DNA from: an uncultured Halomonas sp.
GTDB taxonomy: Bacteria; Pseudomonadota; Gammaproteobacteria; Xanthomonadales; Wenzhouxiangellaceae
Length of the DNA: 64,000 bases
NCBI GenBank assembly: GCA_964548715.1
Contig: CAZJSH010000005.1
Span: 6,329-70,328, forward strand
Direction of reading: 5' to 3'
In this document: positions 1 through 8,879 of the stretch, piece after piece
Layout: each line of letters opens with the position of its first letter
Numbering within the stretch: position 1 is the first letter of the stretch
The notes under the pieces: generated by a model
What the model was told of the DNA's origin: nothing
The model's input: the letters and a program-made list of their open reading frames with translations, nothing else
The model's database searches: none
Program-made: the position numbers and the translations under genes

Positions 1-383
1 CCAGCCGGGTGATTTCGCAACTCAACGGACTCGGCGTGCGCCTGTCGATCGACGATTTCGGCACCGGCTACTCCAGCCTGTCGTACCTGAAGAAATTCTC
101 GATCAGCAAGCTGAAGATCGACCAGTCCTTCGTGCAGGACCTCGGCCACGATCCGGACGATGCAGCGATCGTTTCGGCCATCATCAGCATGGCCGAAGAT
201 CTGGGACTGGAAGTGGTCGCCGAGGGCGTGGAAACCGACGACCAGCGACGGCTGCTGCAGGCGCGCGGCTGCCTGCTGGCCCAGGGCTTCCTGTTCGACC
301 GACCGATGTCGGCCGACCACTTCCGCGAGCGTCTGCGCCCGGCCGAAGGCCAGCAGGATGTCGAGCCCGACCCGGCCACCTGA
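1..383 (+). CDS. EAL-domain c-di-GMP phosphodiesterase, C-terminal fragment (5' end outside window)
   Basis: The frame is open from the window edge. Translated motifs DDFGTGYSSLSYL, KIDQSFV and EGVET..Q...GCLLAQGF are the conserved C-terminal half of EAL domains. Stop TGA at 381-383. Confidence 0.85.
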   Translation, partial: SRVISQLNGLGVRLSIDDFGTGYSSLSYLKKFSISKLKIDQSFVQDLGHDPDDAAIVSAIISMAEDLGLEVVAEGVETDDQRRLLQARGCLLAQGFLFDRPMSADHFRERLRPAEGQQDVEPDPAT

Positions 384-441
384 GTCGAGGACGAACGACG
401 CCCGGGGGAACCTCTGCGCACCGATGTGCAGAGGGACGCCA

Positions 442-464
442 GTGGGCCATGCGGTATGGCCCAC
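442..464. terminator. GC hairpin between convergent genes (candidate bidirectional terminator)
   Basis: gtgggccat-gcggt-atggcccac gives a perfect 9-bp stem with a 5-nt loop. It lies in the 80-nt gap between the EAL stop (383) and the PhzF-like stop (464). A weaker hairpin cctctgc/gcagagg sits at 411-434. There is no clear U tract. Confidence 0.35.
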
Positions 465-1366
465 TAGAGCTCCAGCTGGCCCTTCAGGAACGGCACGGCG
501 TGGCCGCCGACGCGCAGGCTGATGCAGCGACCGTCGGTCACCGACAGACGTACGAAGATCCGGCTCGGCCGGCCCATCACGCGGCCCTGCTCCACCGTCC
601 ATTCGTGCTGCCCGTCGGGCAGCGCGCCGGCGGCCAGCCGGTGGGCCGGCAGCCCGGCGGCGGCCGATCCGGTGGCCGGATCCTCGGGCACGCCGATGTG
701 CGGCCCGAACATCCGCGCATCGAAGGTCGACGGACCCGGCCGGTCCTCTGCATACAGGTACACCCCGCACGCGCCGTCCAGCGCCATCGCGTCCCAGGCG
801 GCGAAATCCAGCCGGGCGGCGTCCAGCGCTTCGGCGTCGGTCCGGGCGTAGATGAAATCGATGCCGGCGCCGGCCCGCACCGGCGCGAAGGCCTCTCGAT
901 CGATGCAGCCGTCCGGCAGCGACAGCGCGCGCTCGATCTGCCGGGCCTCTGGCGCGGTGCCGCTGCGACGCGGTGGATTCGGGTTCTCGAACTCGGCGTA
1001 GTACGCCTCGCCGGCGCTCAACCGGACCGGAAACCGCCCTGCGCCGAGTTCCAGCAACAGCGCGCCGCGCCGTTCCTCGGCCCGGGCCAGCGCGCAGGCC
1101 GCGCCGACCGTGGGGTGGCCGGCAAACGGCAGCTCGCCGGTCGGCGTGAAGATGCGCACGCGGGCGTCGGCATCGTCGACCTCGGGTCGACACAGGAACA
1201 CGGTTTCGGAATAGTCGAATTCCGCCGCGATCGCCTGCATCGTCCCGGTCGCCAACGCGTCGGCATCGAACACCACGGCCAGCGGATTGCCGGCGAACCG
1301 GCGATCGGTGAACACATCCCAGGTCTCGAAGGTCAGGCGTCCGGTCATGCTCATGCCCTCCCGCAT
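464..1366 (-). CDS. PhzF-family (phenazine biosynthesis-like) isomerase
   Basis: 300-aa ORF with FTDRRFAGNPLAVV, DYSETVF, IFTPTGELPFAGHPTVG and EDPATGSAA, typical of the PhzF/YddE fold. Alternative in-frame starts at 1354 and 1348. Confidence 0.85.
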   Translation of the reverse strand: MREGMSMTGRLTFETWDVFTDRRFAGNPLAVVFDADALATGTMQAIAAEFDYSETVFLCRPEVDDADARVRIFTPTGELPFAGHPTVGAACALARAEERRGALLLELGAGRFPVRLSAGEAYYAEFENPNPPRRSGTAPEARQIERALSLPDGCIDREAFAPVRAGAGIDFIYARTDAEALDAARLDFAAWDAMALDGACGVYLYAEDRPGPSTFDARMFGPHIGVPEDPATGSAAAGLPAHRLAAGALPDGQHEWTVEQGRVMGRPSRIFVRLSVTDGRCISLRVGGHAVPFLKGQLEL

Positions 1367-1453
1367 GTCCAGCGGGCTCGGTGCGATCGATCGGACCCCA
1401 TGGTAGCGTGCCGCCAGCCTGGACGGCGGCCCGATTCCGTGATCGGACGTGCG

Positions 1454-2164
1454 TCAGCCGCCCGAGCGGTGGCCGGTGATCATCCCGAGGACGAAGTTCT
1501 CCCGGTGCAGCAGTGAGGATACGAGCACGCCGGCGATGTGCAGTGCCACGAGCAGCAGGAGCAGATCCGCCACGAGTTCGTGGAGCTCCTCGACCGCCTC
1601 TTCGAAGTTGCTTTCGTCGTCCCGGTGCCCCTCGTCGTCGCGCTCGGCGCCGTCCCGCTCGTGTTCATCGTCGTGCTCGCCGATGGGTTCCGCGGACTCG
1701 CGCGTCGTCGCGACCGGCCCGGCCGGTGCTTCGGCGGCGACCAGCCATCCGGCCAGCGGGCCCTTGTCCTCTTCCAGGGCGTACAGCGTCATGCCACTGG
1801 CGACCTGGACGGTCAGGGCAGTCATCAGCAGGACCACCATCCAGCCACCGGCCGGGTTGTGGCCGCGATGGGCCTCGGGCTCGCCGCGCACCAGGCTCTT
1901 GAGGTAGCGGACGACCGCGCCGGGGCCGCGGACGAACCGGCTGAACCGGGCGTTCTGCGGGCCGAACAGCCCCCAGACGAAGCGCACGATCAGGATCACG
2001 GCGATGGTGTAGCCGGCCAGCACGTGGACCTGCTGGTACTCGTCGCCGGCGATCCAGGCCGTGACGAAAGCCGCGGCCAGCAGCCAGTGGCCGATCCGGA
2101 CGAGCGGATCCCAGGTCTTCGGGCGGGCCATGGCAGAACGGGGGTCGGGCGTCGTGGTGGTCAT
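1454..2164 (-). CDS. cytochrome b561-family (Ni/Fe-hydrogenase b-type cytochrome-like) membrane protein with acidic/His-rich loop
   Basis: Only the last 236 aa of the 802-aa track ORF look real. ATG at 2164-2162. Motifs are WDPLVRIGHWLLAAAF, conserved His residues in predicted helices (HVLAGY, HNPAGGW, LHIAG) and four hydrophobic helices. The upstream part of the long ORF is Arg/Gly/Gln-rich noise and overlaps + strand genes. Confidence 0.75.
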   Translation of the reverse strand: MTTTTPDPRSAMARPKTWDPLVRIGHWLLAAAFVTAWIAGDEYQQVHVLAGYTIAVILIVRFVWGLFGPQNARFSRFVRGPGAVVRYLKSLVRGEPEAHRGHNPAGGWMVVLLMTALTVQVASGMTLYALEEDKGPLAGWLVAAEAPAGPVATTRESAEPIGEHDDEHERDGAERDDEGHRDDESNFEEAVEELHELVADLLLLLVALHIAGVLVSSLLHRENFVLGMITGHRSGG

Positions 2165-2257
2165 GCGGCGGTTCCTTCGGATGAGTGACCCCAGACTGCG
2201 CGACCGGCGATATGCTTGGAATCCGGCACATGACGCAGCCCCGACTGCCGCCGCTCG

Positions 2258-2836
2258 ATGAGCTCCGACCCGGCAAATGACGCACCGAACCCGACACCGC
2301 CGGCCGGCTTGCTGCTGGCCGCACTGGCGGCGATCGCGGTCCTGATCGGCTGGGATCTGAGCACCGACTACGGGGAGGGCGCCGGTGCACTGCACCTGGT
2401 GCTCGAGTCGAGCGTGCTGCTGCTGGCCTCTGCGCTGTTCACGCTGATTCTCGTCCAACGCCTGCGGGCGACTCAGCGGCTGCGACTGCTTGAACGCTCG
2501 CTGAGCGTCCGGACCGAGGAAGCCGAAGCCTGGCGAGCTCGCTATCAGCAGACGCTGGCTGGACTCGGCGAAGCCATCCGCGCGCAGTTCGAGACCTGGG
2601 AGCTCAGTGAAGCCGAAGCGCAGATCGGCCTGCTGTTGCTCAAGGGCCTGAGCCTGAAGGAGATCGCGAAAGTGCGCGGTACCGGCGAACGGACGGTTCG
2701 CGAGCAGGCCCGCGCGATCTATCGCAAAGCCGGACTGGCCGGCCGCTCGGAGCTCTCGGCGTTCTTTCTCGAAGACCTGCTGCTGCCGACGCCGACCGAC
2801 GACGCCGAAACCAGCGATCGACACGCCGGATCGTAG
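2258..2836 (+). CDS. membrane-anchored LuxR/GerE-type HTH transcriptional regulator
   Basis: Two N-terminal hydrophobic helices followed by LSEAEAQIGLLLLKGLSLKEIAKVRGTGERTVREQARAIYRKAGL (GerE-type HTH). It is divergent from the cytochrome b gene and sits 9 nt upstream of the DsbD-like gene. Confidence 0.75.
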   Translation: MSSDPANDAPNPTPPAGLLLAALAAIAVLIGWDLSTDYGEGAGALHLVLESSVLLLASALFTLILVQRLRATQRLRLLERSLSVRTEEAEAWRARYQQTLAGLGEAIRAQFETWELSEAEAQIGLLLLKGLSLKEIAKVRGTGERTVREQARAIYRKAGLAGRSELSAFFLEDLLLPTPTDDAETSDRHAGS

Positions 2837-2845
2837 GCGGGCGCA

Positions 2846-4999
2846 ATGATCCCGATTCGACTCCCATTGCCGCTGCTGCTCCTGGTGTTCGCCCTGCTGC
2901 CGGCCGCCCCGGCCGGGGCAGCGGCGTCCGGCCCGGTCCAACGCGACCATGTGGTCGTCGAGCTGATCAGCGCGGTCGAGCACGTACAGCCAGGAACGCC
3001 GTTCCGGGTCGGCGTGGCCTTCGAGCACGAGCCCGACTGGCACACCTACTGGGAAAACCCGGGCGATTCCGGGTTGGAAACGAAATTCGCCTGGACGCTG
3101 CCCGAGGGGCTCACGGCCGGGCCGATCGAGTGGCCGTGGCCGGAGCGACACCGCATCGAGCACCTGGTCAACTACGGCTACTCGGGCCTGCACCTTCTGC
3201 CGGTCACGATCACGCCGGCCGCCGGGCTGACCGGCGACCGCGTCACGCTCGAGGTCGAGGCCGATTGGCTGATCTGCAGGATCGAGTGCATCCCCGGCTC
3301 CGCCGAGCTGACCCTGACCCTGCCGGTCCGCGACGCGGCACCGCCGCCGTCCCGGTTCGCTGCGCGCTTCGACGAAACGGCGGCGCGCACGCCCGAGCCG
3401 GTGGACTGGCCGGCGACGTTCAGCACCGATGGCGGCCAGTTCGGTCTGCAGGTCCAGGGCGTGACGGGGCTGGACGCCCACCGAATCCAGGTGTTCCCGG
3501 CTCACCCGACGCTGGTCGAACACGCCGCCGATCCGTTCATTGCACACGACGGCGGCACGCTCCAGGTGGTCCAGCCCCGGTCGCCGTTCTTCAGCCGCGC
3601 GCCCGAGACCCTGCGGGTGGTGCTGGTCGACCCGGGAGCCGGACGCGGGGTGGAGGTCATCGCTCGCAAGGGCACGCTGGAATCGATCGGTCCGGCGCTC
3701 CAGCCGGCCGGAAGCAACGACGAACCGCTGCCGCTGATCACCGTGCTGCTGCTGGCGCTGGTCGGCGGCATGCTGCTGAACCTGATGCCCTGCGTGTTCC
3801 CGGTCCTGTCGCTGAAGGCGATGAGCCTGGTCAACGGCGGAGAGCGGCATGCCGCACGCCACGGCTGGGCCTATACCGGCGGCGTGCTGGTCACGTTCGC
3901 GTTGCTGGCCGGCGCACTGCTGACGCTGCGCGCCGGCGGCGAGGCGATCGGCTGGGGGTTCCAGCTGCAGTCACCCGGCTTCGTCGCGCTACTGATCTAT
4001 CTGTTCTTCGCCATGGCGCTTTCGCTGTCCGGCGTGTTCGAACTCGGCACGCGCTGGATGGGGCTGGGCCAGGACATGCCCGGTCACGACGGGCTGCGCG
4101 GCTCGTTCTTCACCGGCGCGCTGGCCACGCTGGTCGCCAGCCCGTGCACGGCGCCGGCCATGGGCACGGCACTCGGGGTGGCCGCGGTGTTACCGGCGGT
4201 CCAGGCCATGGGCGTTTTCCTGGCGCTGGGCTTCGGCCTGGCGCTGCCGATGCTGGTGCTCTCGCTGGTTCCGGCGCTGGCCCGCCGGCTGCCGAAGCCC
4301 GGCCCGTGGATGATCACCTTCCGCCAGGTGATGGCGTTCCCGCTGTACCTCACCGTCGTCTGGCTGCTGTGGGTGCTCGGCAACCAGGTCGGCAGCACCG
4401 GCATGAGCTGGCTGCTGGCCGGGCTGGTCGCACTGGCCTTCGCGCTGTGGCTGGGCGGACGCGCCGGTGGCCGGTCGACGGCCGGGACCGTTCAGGCCGT
4501 GGCCCACGTGCTGGTCGGCCTGGCGCTGCTCGGCGCGCTGGCCGCGTGGCTCAACGCGATCGACTTCGAGCCGCCGGGCCGGGCCGCGACCGCCGGCGCC
4601 GAGCCGTGGAGCATCGAGCGGCTGGCCGAACTCAACGCCGACCCGGGCCGCGGTGTGCTGGTCAACATGACCGCCGACTGGTGCGTGACCTGCAAGGTCA
4701 ACGAGGCCGTGGCGCTGTCCACCGACACGGTGCGCGGCGCGATCGACGAATTCGGGTTCATCTACCTTGTCGGCGACTGGACCCGGCGCGACCCTGCGAT
4801 CACGCGTTACCTGGAGGAGTTCGGCCGCAACGGCGTGCCGCTGTACGTGGTCTATCCGCCCGGCCCGGACCCGCAGCCCATCGTGCTGCCGCAGATCCTG
4901 ACCCCGGGCTCGGTGGCCGCGGCGCTACGCGACGCTGCCGCACTCCACGTATCATCAGTGCCCGAATCGTTGACCCGACCCATTGACCCGACCCAGTGA
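2846..4999 (+). CDS. DsbD-family protein-disulfide reductase (ScsB-like architecture)
   Basis: 717 aa with a signal peptide. N-terminal domain carries WLICRIECIPG. The polytopic core has LMPCVFPVLSLK and ASPCTAP (DsbD transmembrane Cys pair). The C-terminal thioredoxin fold has ADWCVTCK. Confidence 0.85.
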   Translation: MIPIRLPLPLLLLVFALLPAAPAGAAASGPVQRDHVVVELISAVEHVQPGTPFRVGVAFEHEPDWHTYWENPGDSGLETKFAWTLPEGLTAGPIEWPWPERHRIEHLVNYGYSGLHLLPVTITPAAGLTGDRVTLEVEADWLICRIECIPGSAELTLTLPVRDAAPPPSRFAARFDETAARTPEPVDWPATFSTDGGQFGLQVQGVTGLDAHRIQVFPAHPTLVEHAADPFIAHDGGTLQVVQPRSPFFSRAPETLRVVLVDPGAGRGVEVIARKGTLESIGPALQPAGSNDEPLPLITVLLLALVGGMLLNLMPCVFPVLSLKAMSLVNGGERHAARHGWAYTGGVLVTFALLAGALLTLRAGGEAIGWGFQLQSPGFVALLIYLFFAMALSLSGVFELGTRWMGLGQDMPGHDGLRGSFFTGALATLVASPCTAPAMGTALGVAAVLPAVQAMGVFLALGFGLALPMLVLSLVPALARRLPKPGPWMITFRQVMAFPLYLTVVWLLWVLGNQVGSTGMSWLLAGLVALAFALWLGGRAGGRSTAGTVQAVAHVLVGLALLGALAAWLNAIDFEPPGRAATAGAEPWSIERLAELNADPGRGVLVNMTADWCVTCKVNEAVALSTDTVRGAIDEFGFIYLVGDWTRRDPAITRYLEEFGRNGVPLYVVYPPGPDPQPIVLPQILTPGSVAAALRDAAALHVSSVPESLTRPIDPTQ

Positions 5000-5013
5000 A
5001 CAAGGACCCGAAC

Positions 5014-5628
5014 ATGCTCGATCGAATTTCCACGACCCTGGCTACACTCCTGCTCGCACTGACCGCCAGCGGCCCGCTGGCCGCCGCGCCGACGATCGGC
5101 GAGCCGGCGCCCGAGTTCGAGCTGATCGACACCGCCGGCACCACGCACCGTCTTTCCGACTTCCGCGGCAGGACCGTGATCCTGGAGTGGACCAACCACG
5201 AGTGCCCGTTCGTCCAGAAGCACTACGACTCGGGCAACATGCAGGAGCAGCAGCGCATCGCGGCCGGCGAGTACGACGCGGTCTGGCTGACGATCATCTC
5301 GTCGAAGGCCGGCGCGCAGGGCCACGTCAGTCCGGAGCAGGCCGATGAACTGACTGCATCGCGCGACGCCGCGCCGACCGCGGTGCTGATCGACGAGCCG
5401 GGCGAGGTCGGCCGCGCCTATGCCGCGCAGGTCACCCCGCACATGTACATCATCGACCCGAACGGCATCCTGGTCTACATGGGCGGCATCGACTCCAACC
5501 CCAGTGCCGACCCGGCCGACATCCCGACCTCGACCCAGTACGTGCTGGCCGCGCTCGACGACATGGCCGCCGGCGGTGCTGTGGCCGAAGCCGTTACCCG
5601 CCCGTACGGCTGCACCATCAAGTACTGA
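5014..5628 (+). CDS. periplasmic thioredoxin-fold (redoxin/TlpA-like) protein
   Basis: Signal peptide MLDRISTTLATLLLALTASGPLAAAP, then APEFEL.D..G....LSDFRGR.VILEW and active-site-like NHECPF. AAGGA lies 8 nt upstream of ATG 5014. An alternative GTG at 4996 would overlap the DsbD-like stop (GTGA). Confidence 0.75.
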   Translation: MLDRISTTLATLLLALTASGPLAAAPTIGEPAPEFELIDTAGTTHRLSDFRGRTVILEWTNHECPFVQKHYDSGNMQEQQRIAAGEYDAVWLTIISSKAGAQGHVSPEQADELTASRDAAPTAVLIDEPGEVGRAYAAQVTPHMYIIDPNGILVYMGGIDSNPSADPADIPTSTQYVLAALDDMAAGGAVAEAVTRPYGCTIKY

Positions 5629-5726
5629 TCGGCCGGCCCGTTCGAGCGTCCATTCGATCGCGCATCCGACCCGCGTCCGGCCTCGGCGACCTTGCGCCGC
5701 CGGGGCCGGACCGTCATCATCCAGAA

Positions 5727-6374
5727 ATGTCCGAGTCCGGCCCGCGACCGCCCGAACACGTGCACCTGCTGCGCGCGCTGGCCAGCCTGGCGCTGGACTA
5801 TTTCCGCTGGACCCAGCTGGTCCCGATGCTGCTGGCCTGGACGATGCTGCTGCTGACCGTCGGCGCACTGCTGCTGACCAACTTCCAGGATGCGTCGTTC
5901 TCGGTGCTCGAGCGCGGATTGACGCTGTACGAGCGCATCGCCGGGCCGTTCGAGGATCAACCGGCACCGGGCGGACCGGCCCCGTCGCCCGAATCCGGGC
6001 CGGAGACAGCGACCGCTTCCGACGCGGACGGCGCGCTGCGCTTCAGCGGCGACGACATCATGCCGGTGGTTCTGCGCGCCTGGGGATTGATGGCCCTGGT
6101 CGGCTGGCTGTTCGGCATGCTGCGCACGCTGCTTTTCGGCCCGCGCGAACCCACCCCGCTGGCCCGCAAGTTGCGCATCGCCGCCTATTTCGCCGTCGGT
6201 TGCTCCGGCCTGATGTGGATCGCCTACGTTCTCGGCAGCGAGACCTTCCACGGCAACCCGGCGGGCTGGGCGCTGCTGTTCGTCGGTGGCCCGTTGCTGG
6301 TCTGGGCGATCAGCGCCTGGAGCCTGCTGATCGGCTTGTTGGTCCGACGCCTGCAGCGCCGTCTTCATGCCTGA
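5727..6374 (+). CDS. hypothetical polytopic membrane protein
   Basis: 215-aa ORF with about 5 hydrophobic helices and a Pro/Gly/Ser-rich loop. GC3-rich codons. No recognisable family motif. Confidence 0.55.
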   Translation: MSESGPRPPEHVHLLRALASLALDYFRWTQLVPMLLAWTMLLLTVGALLLTNFQDASFSVLERGLTLYERIAGPFEDQPAPGGPAPSPESGPETATASDADGALRFSGDDIMPVVLRAWGLMALVGWLFGMLRTLLFGPREPTPLARKLRIAAYFAVGCSGLMWIAYVLGSETFHGNPAGWALLFVGGPLLVWAISAWSLLIGLLVRRLQRRLHA

Positions 6375-6428
6375 AGCCGTGCCGCAGCGCCGGGACCTCC
6401 GACCCTGTCCGGGCTGACGTCCGATCCC

Positions 6429-6434
6429 TATAAT
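6429..6434 (+). promoter_or_regulatory. consensus -10 hexamer TATAAT upstream of the TPR gene (candidate promoter)
   Basis: Perfect TATAAT at 6429-6434, 42 nt upstream of ATG 6476. There is no convincing -35 (tgtccg at 17-nt spacing). A transcription start here would disfavour the track start at 6446. Confidence 0.3.
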
Positions 6435-6475
6435 CGATCTGCGCAGTGCTCATGAACTCCGACCGGGATGACCGC

Positions 6476-8854
6476 ATGACCACCAAACGAAAGGGCTTGA
6501 TCGCGAAACTGTTCGCACGGCGAGTGCCACAGATCATGGGTGTGTATATCGGCGCATGCTGGCTCGTCGTCGAGATGGGCGAATGGGCGGCCGAGCAGTT
6601 CGGGTTGGCGCCCGGCCTGGTCGCCTACGTGTTCGTGCTGATGATCGCGCTGTTGCCCAGCGTCGGCGTTTTGGCCTGGAACCATGGCGCGCCGGGCAAG
6701 GACCGCTCGCCGAGGTTCGAGAAGGCCTTCGTGCCGGCCAACCTGGTCGCCGCGGTGATTGCGGTGGTCGCGTTCTTCGGCTATGCGCCGCCCGGCGCCC
6801 CGGGCTCGGCCATTCCGCCGGCCGAGAGCGCGGTGGTCGAGCGCATCGTCGTCGACGAAGCCGGTGAAGAACGGACCTTCACCGTTGCGCGCGAGGGCTA
6901 TCATCGCTTCGTGCTGGCGTCCGTCTGGCAGCAGGCCGACGACACCCGGGCGCTGGATTGGCGACAGTACGCGGTGCCGTGGCTGGTGCACGTCGTGTTG
7001 AATCGCGATCCGCTGATCTCGACCACTACCGTTTACACCGCGAATATCGCCAACGACCTGCGCGACGCGGGCTTCCCCGACGCGACCGGCGAGCCGCGTG
7101 CACTGGCGCTCAAGCTGGCCGAACGAATCGGTGTGCAGTATCTGCTGCGCGGCGAGCTGGACGCCGGCGACGAGGGCCTGGTGCTGACGGCCCGGGTGAT
7201 CGAGGTCGGAACCGGTGCGGTCACCGGCGAGGTCCGCGTCGAGGGCGCGGACCTGTTCGAGGCGACGGCGCGCCTGGCCGACGAAGTGCGTCCGCTGCTG
7301 ACGCCGCCGAACGCGCCGGACGACCGCTTCACCAAGCTGCCAATGCAGGAGATCACGACCTCGTCGGCGGCCGCGCTCGAAGCGCTGATCGAAGGACTGA
7401 ACCGGACTCAGCTGGATCGGGACCTCGACGACGCCGTCACCGCACTGGAGCGTGCACGCGAGATCGACCCGACCTTTGCCCTGGCCCACGTCTGGCTCCA
7501 CCAGGTCCATCGGATGCGGGGCGACCTGGCCGCGGCAACCGAATCGGCGGAACGCGCGCTGGCGCTCGAATACAAGCTGGACTCCGAGCTCGTGTTCGGG
7601 ATCAAGGCCAACCGCATCGCGATGTCGGGCGACTACGCCACGGCGATGCGCGTACTGCGGATGTGGACCGAGGTCCATCCGGAAAGCTTCTCGGCCTGGA
7701 TCACGCTGGCGCAGAACATGCTGACCATGGGCGATGTCGACGAAGCACGCCGCGCGCTGGAAGCGGCCGAAAGGGTCGACCCCAGCGCGACGCGACTGCA
7801 GCGCATGTTCGCTTCTCTCGAAACCCTGAGCGGCGATTACGAGGAGGCGGCAAACCGCCTGCGTGTCTATATCCAGGAGGAACCGGGCGACGTCGCCGCG
7901 CGGCTGGAGCTGGGCGGCGTCCTGATCCATGCCGGTCAGAGTGAGGCGGCGATGGACGCGTTCCGCGAAGCGGAACTGCTGGCCGACGATCCGCGCCTGG
8001 CGCAATTGCGCCAGGCCTCGCTGCACACCCGGATGGGACGCTTCGAGGCCGCCGATCGCATCCTGAATCCGTTGCTGGCGGCCAGCGGGCCTCCGGATCG
8101 CCTCGCGCCGGTGCTGGCCGCCCGGATCGACCGGCTGAACGCCGCCGGCCGGGCCGCCGACGCGCTCGCGCTGGTCGAACGCGAAGAGGCTGCGTTGCTG
8201 TCCGGGCTGGGCCCGACGACGTTCTGGACCCGCTGGGCCGAATGGGCGCACGGCGCGCATCGGGCGCTCGGCGACCGCGAAGCGGCCTACGCGGCACTCG
8301 CCCGAGCCGAAGAGGCACTTGGCGATCCCATGGGCCGGTACCTCGCCATGCATCGGCTGGAGCTGCTGATCGAGGACGACGCGTCGGAGGACGCGCTGCA
8401 GGCCGAGATGGAGCGCCTCGCCTTCTTCGAAACGCAGTTCACGTTTCCAGGCGCGGTGGCGCTGGTCGAGGCTGCACGGGCCAAGCTGCAGGCCCACGAC
8501 GGCGACACCGCCGGGGCCGTCGAGACGATGCGTGTCGCGCGCGAGCGTCATCGCGGCTCCGGGCTCTCGTTCGATCTGGACTCGATGGAATCCTACGACT
8601 TCGAGCTCGCCCGCTTTCTTTACCTCGACGGCCAGCAGGCCGAAGCACGCACACGGCTCGACGAACTGCTCTCGAAGCATCCGGCCCATGGGGAAGCGCG
8701 GCTGGAACGAGCCCGGTTGGCGGTCGACGCCGGCCGTCCCGACGATGCACTTGCCGATCTCGAGCATCTGATCGCGCAGTGGGAAGAAGCGAGCCCGGAC
8801 TACCAGCCGCTGATCGAGGCCCGACGCTTGCAGCTTTCAGTCACGGGCGACTGA
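6476..8854 (+). CDS. membrane-anchored tetratricopeptide (TPR) repeat protein
   Basis: The N-terminus MTTKRKGLIAKLFARRVPQIMGVYIGACWLVVEM is a typical anchor helix for this protein class, and a second helix follows. After that come about 600 aa of TPR-like Ala/Leu/Arg-rich helical repeats. Alternative GTG start at 6446. Confidence 0.7.
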   Translation: MTTKRKGLIAKLFARRVPQIMGVYIGACWLVVEMGEWAAEQFGLAPGLVAYVFVLMIALLPSVGVLAWNHGAPGKDRSPRFEKAFVPANLVAAVIAVVAFFGYAPPGAPGSAIPPAESAVVERIVVDEAGEERTFTVAREGYHRFVLASVWQQADDTRALDWRQYAVPWLVHVVLNRDPLISTTTVYTANIANDLRDAGFPDATGEPRALALKLAERIGVQYLLRGELDAGDEGLVLTARVIEVGTGAVTGEVRVEGADLFEATARLADEVRPLLTPPNAPDDRFTKLPMQEITTSSAAALEALIEGLNRTQLDRDLDDAVTALERAREIDPTFALAHVWLHQVHRMRGDLAAATESAERALALEYKLDSELVFGIKANRIAMSGDYATAMRVLRMWTEVHPESFSAWITLAQNMLTMGDVDEARRALEAAERVDPSATRLQRMFASLETLSGDYEEAANRLRVYIQEEPGDVAARLELGGVLIHAGQSEAAMDAFREAELLADDPRLAQLRQASLHTRMGRFEAADRILNPLLAASGPPDRLAPVLAARIDRLNAAGRAADALALVEREEAALLSGLGPTTFWTRWAEWAHGAHRALGDREAAYAALARAEEALGDPMGRYLAMHRLELLIEDDASEDALQAEMERLAFFETQFTFPGAVALVEAARAKLQAHDGDTAGAVETMRVARERHRGSGLSFDLDSMESYDFELARFLYLDGQQAEARTRLDELLSKHPAHGEARLERARLAVDAGRPDDALADLEHLIAQWEEASPDYQPLIEARRLQLSVTGD

Positions 8855-8879
8855 GCCGGATCGCTCTACGGCTGCAGGG

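Noticed and set aside
1454-3862. An 802-aa minus-strand ORF that would span the LuxR-type and DsbD-like genes.
   Set aside because: Only the C-terminal 236 aa (from ATG 2164) look like a protein (cytochrome b561 family). The upstream 566 codons are compositional noise and overlap two well-supported + strand genes.
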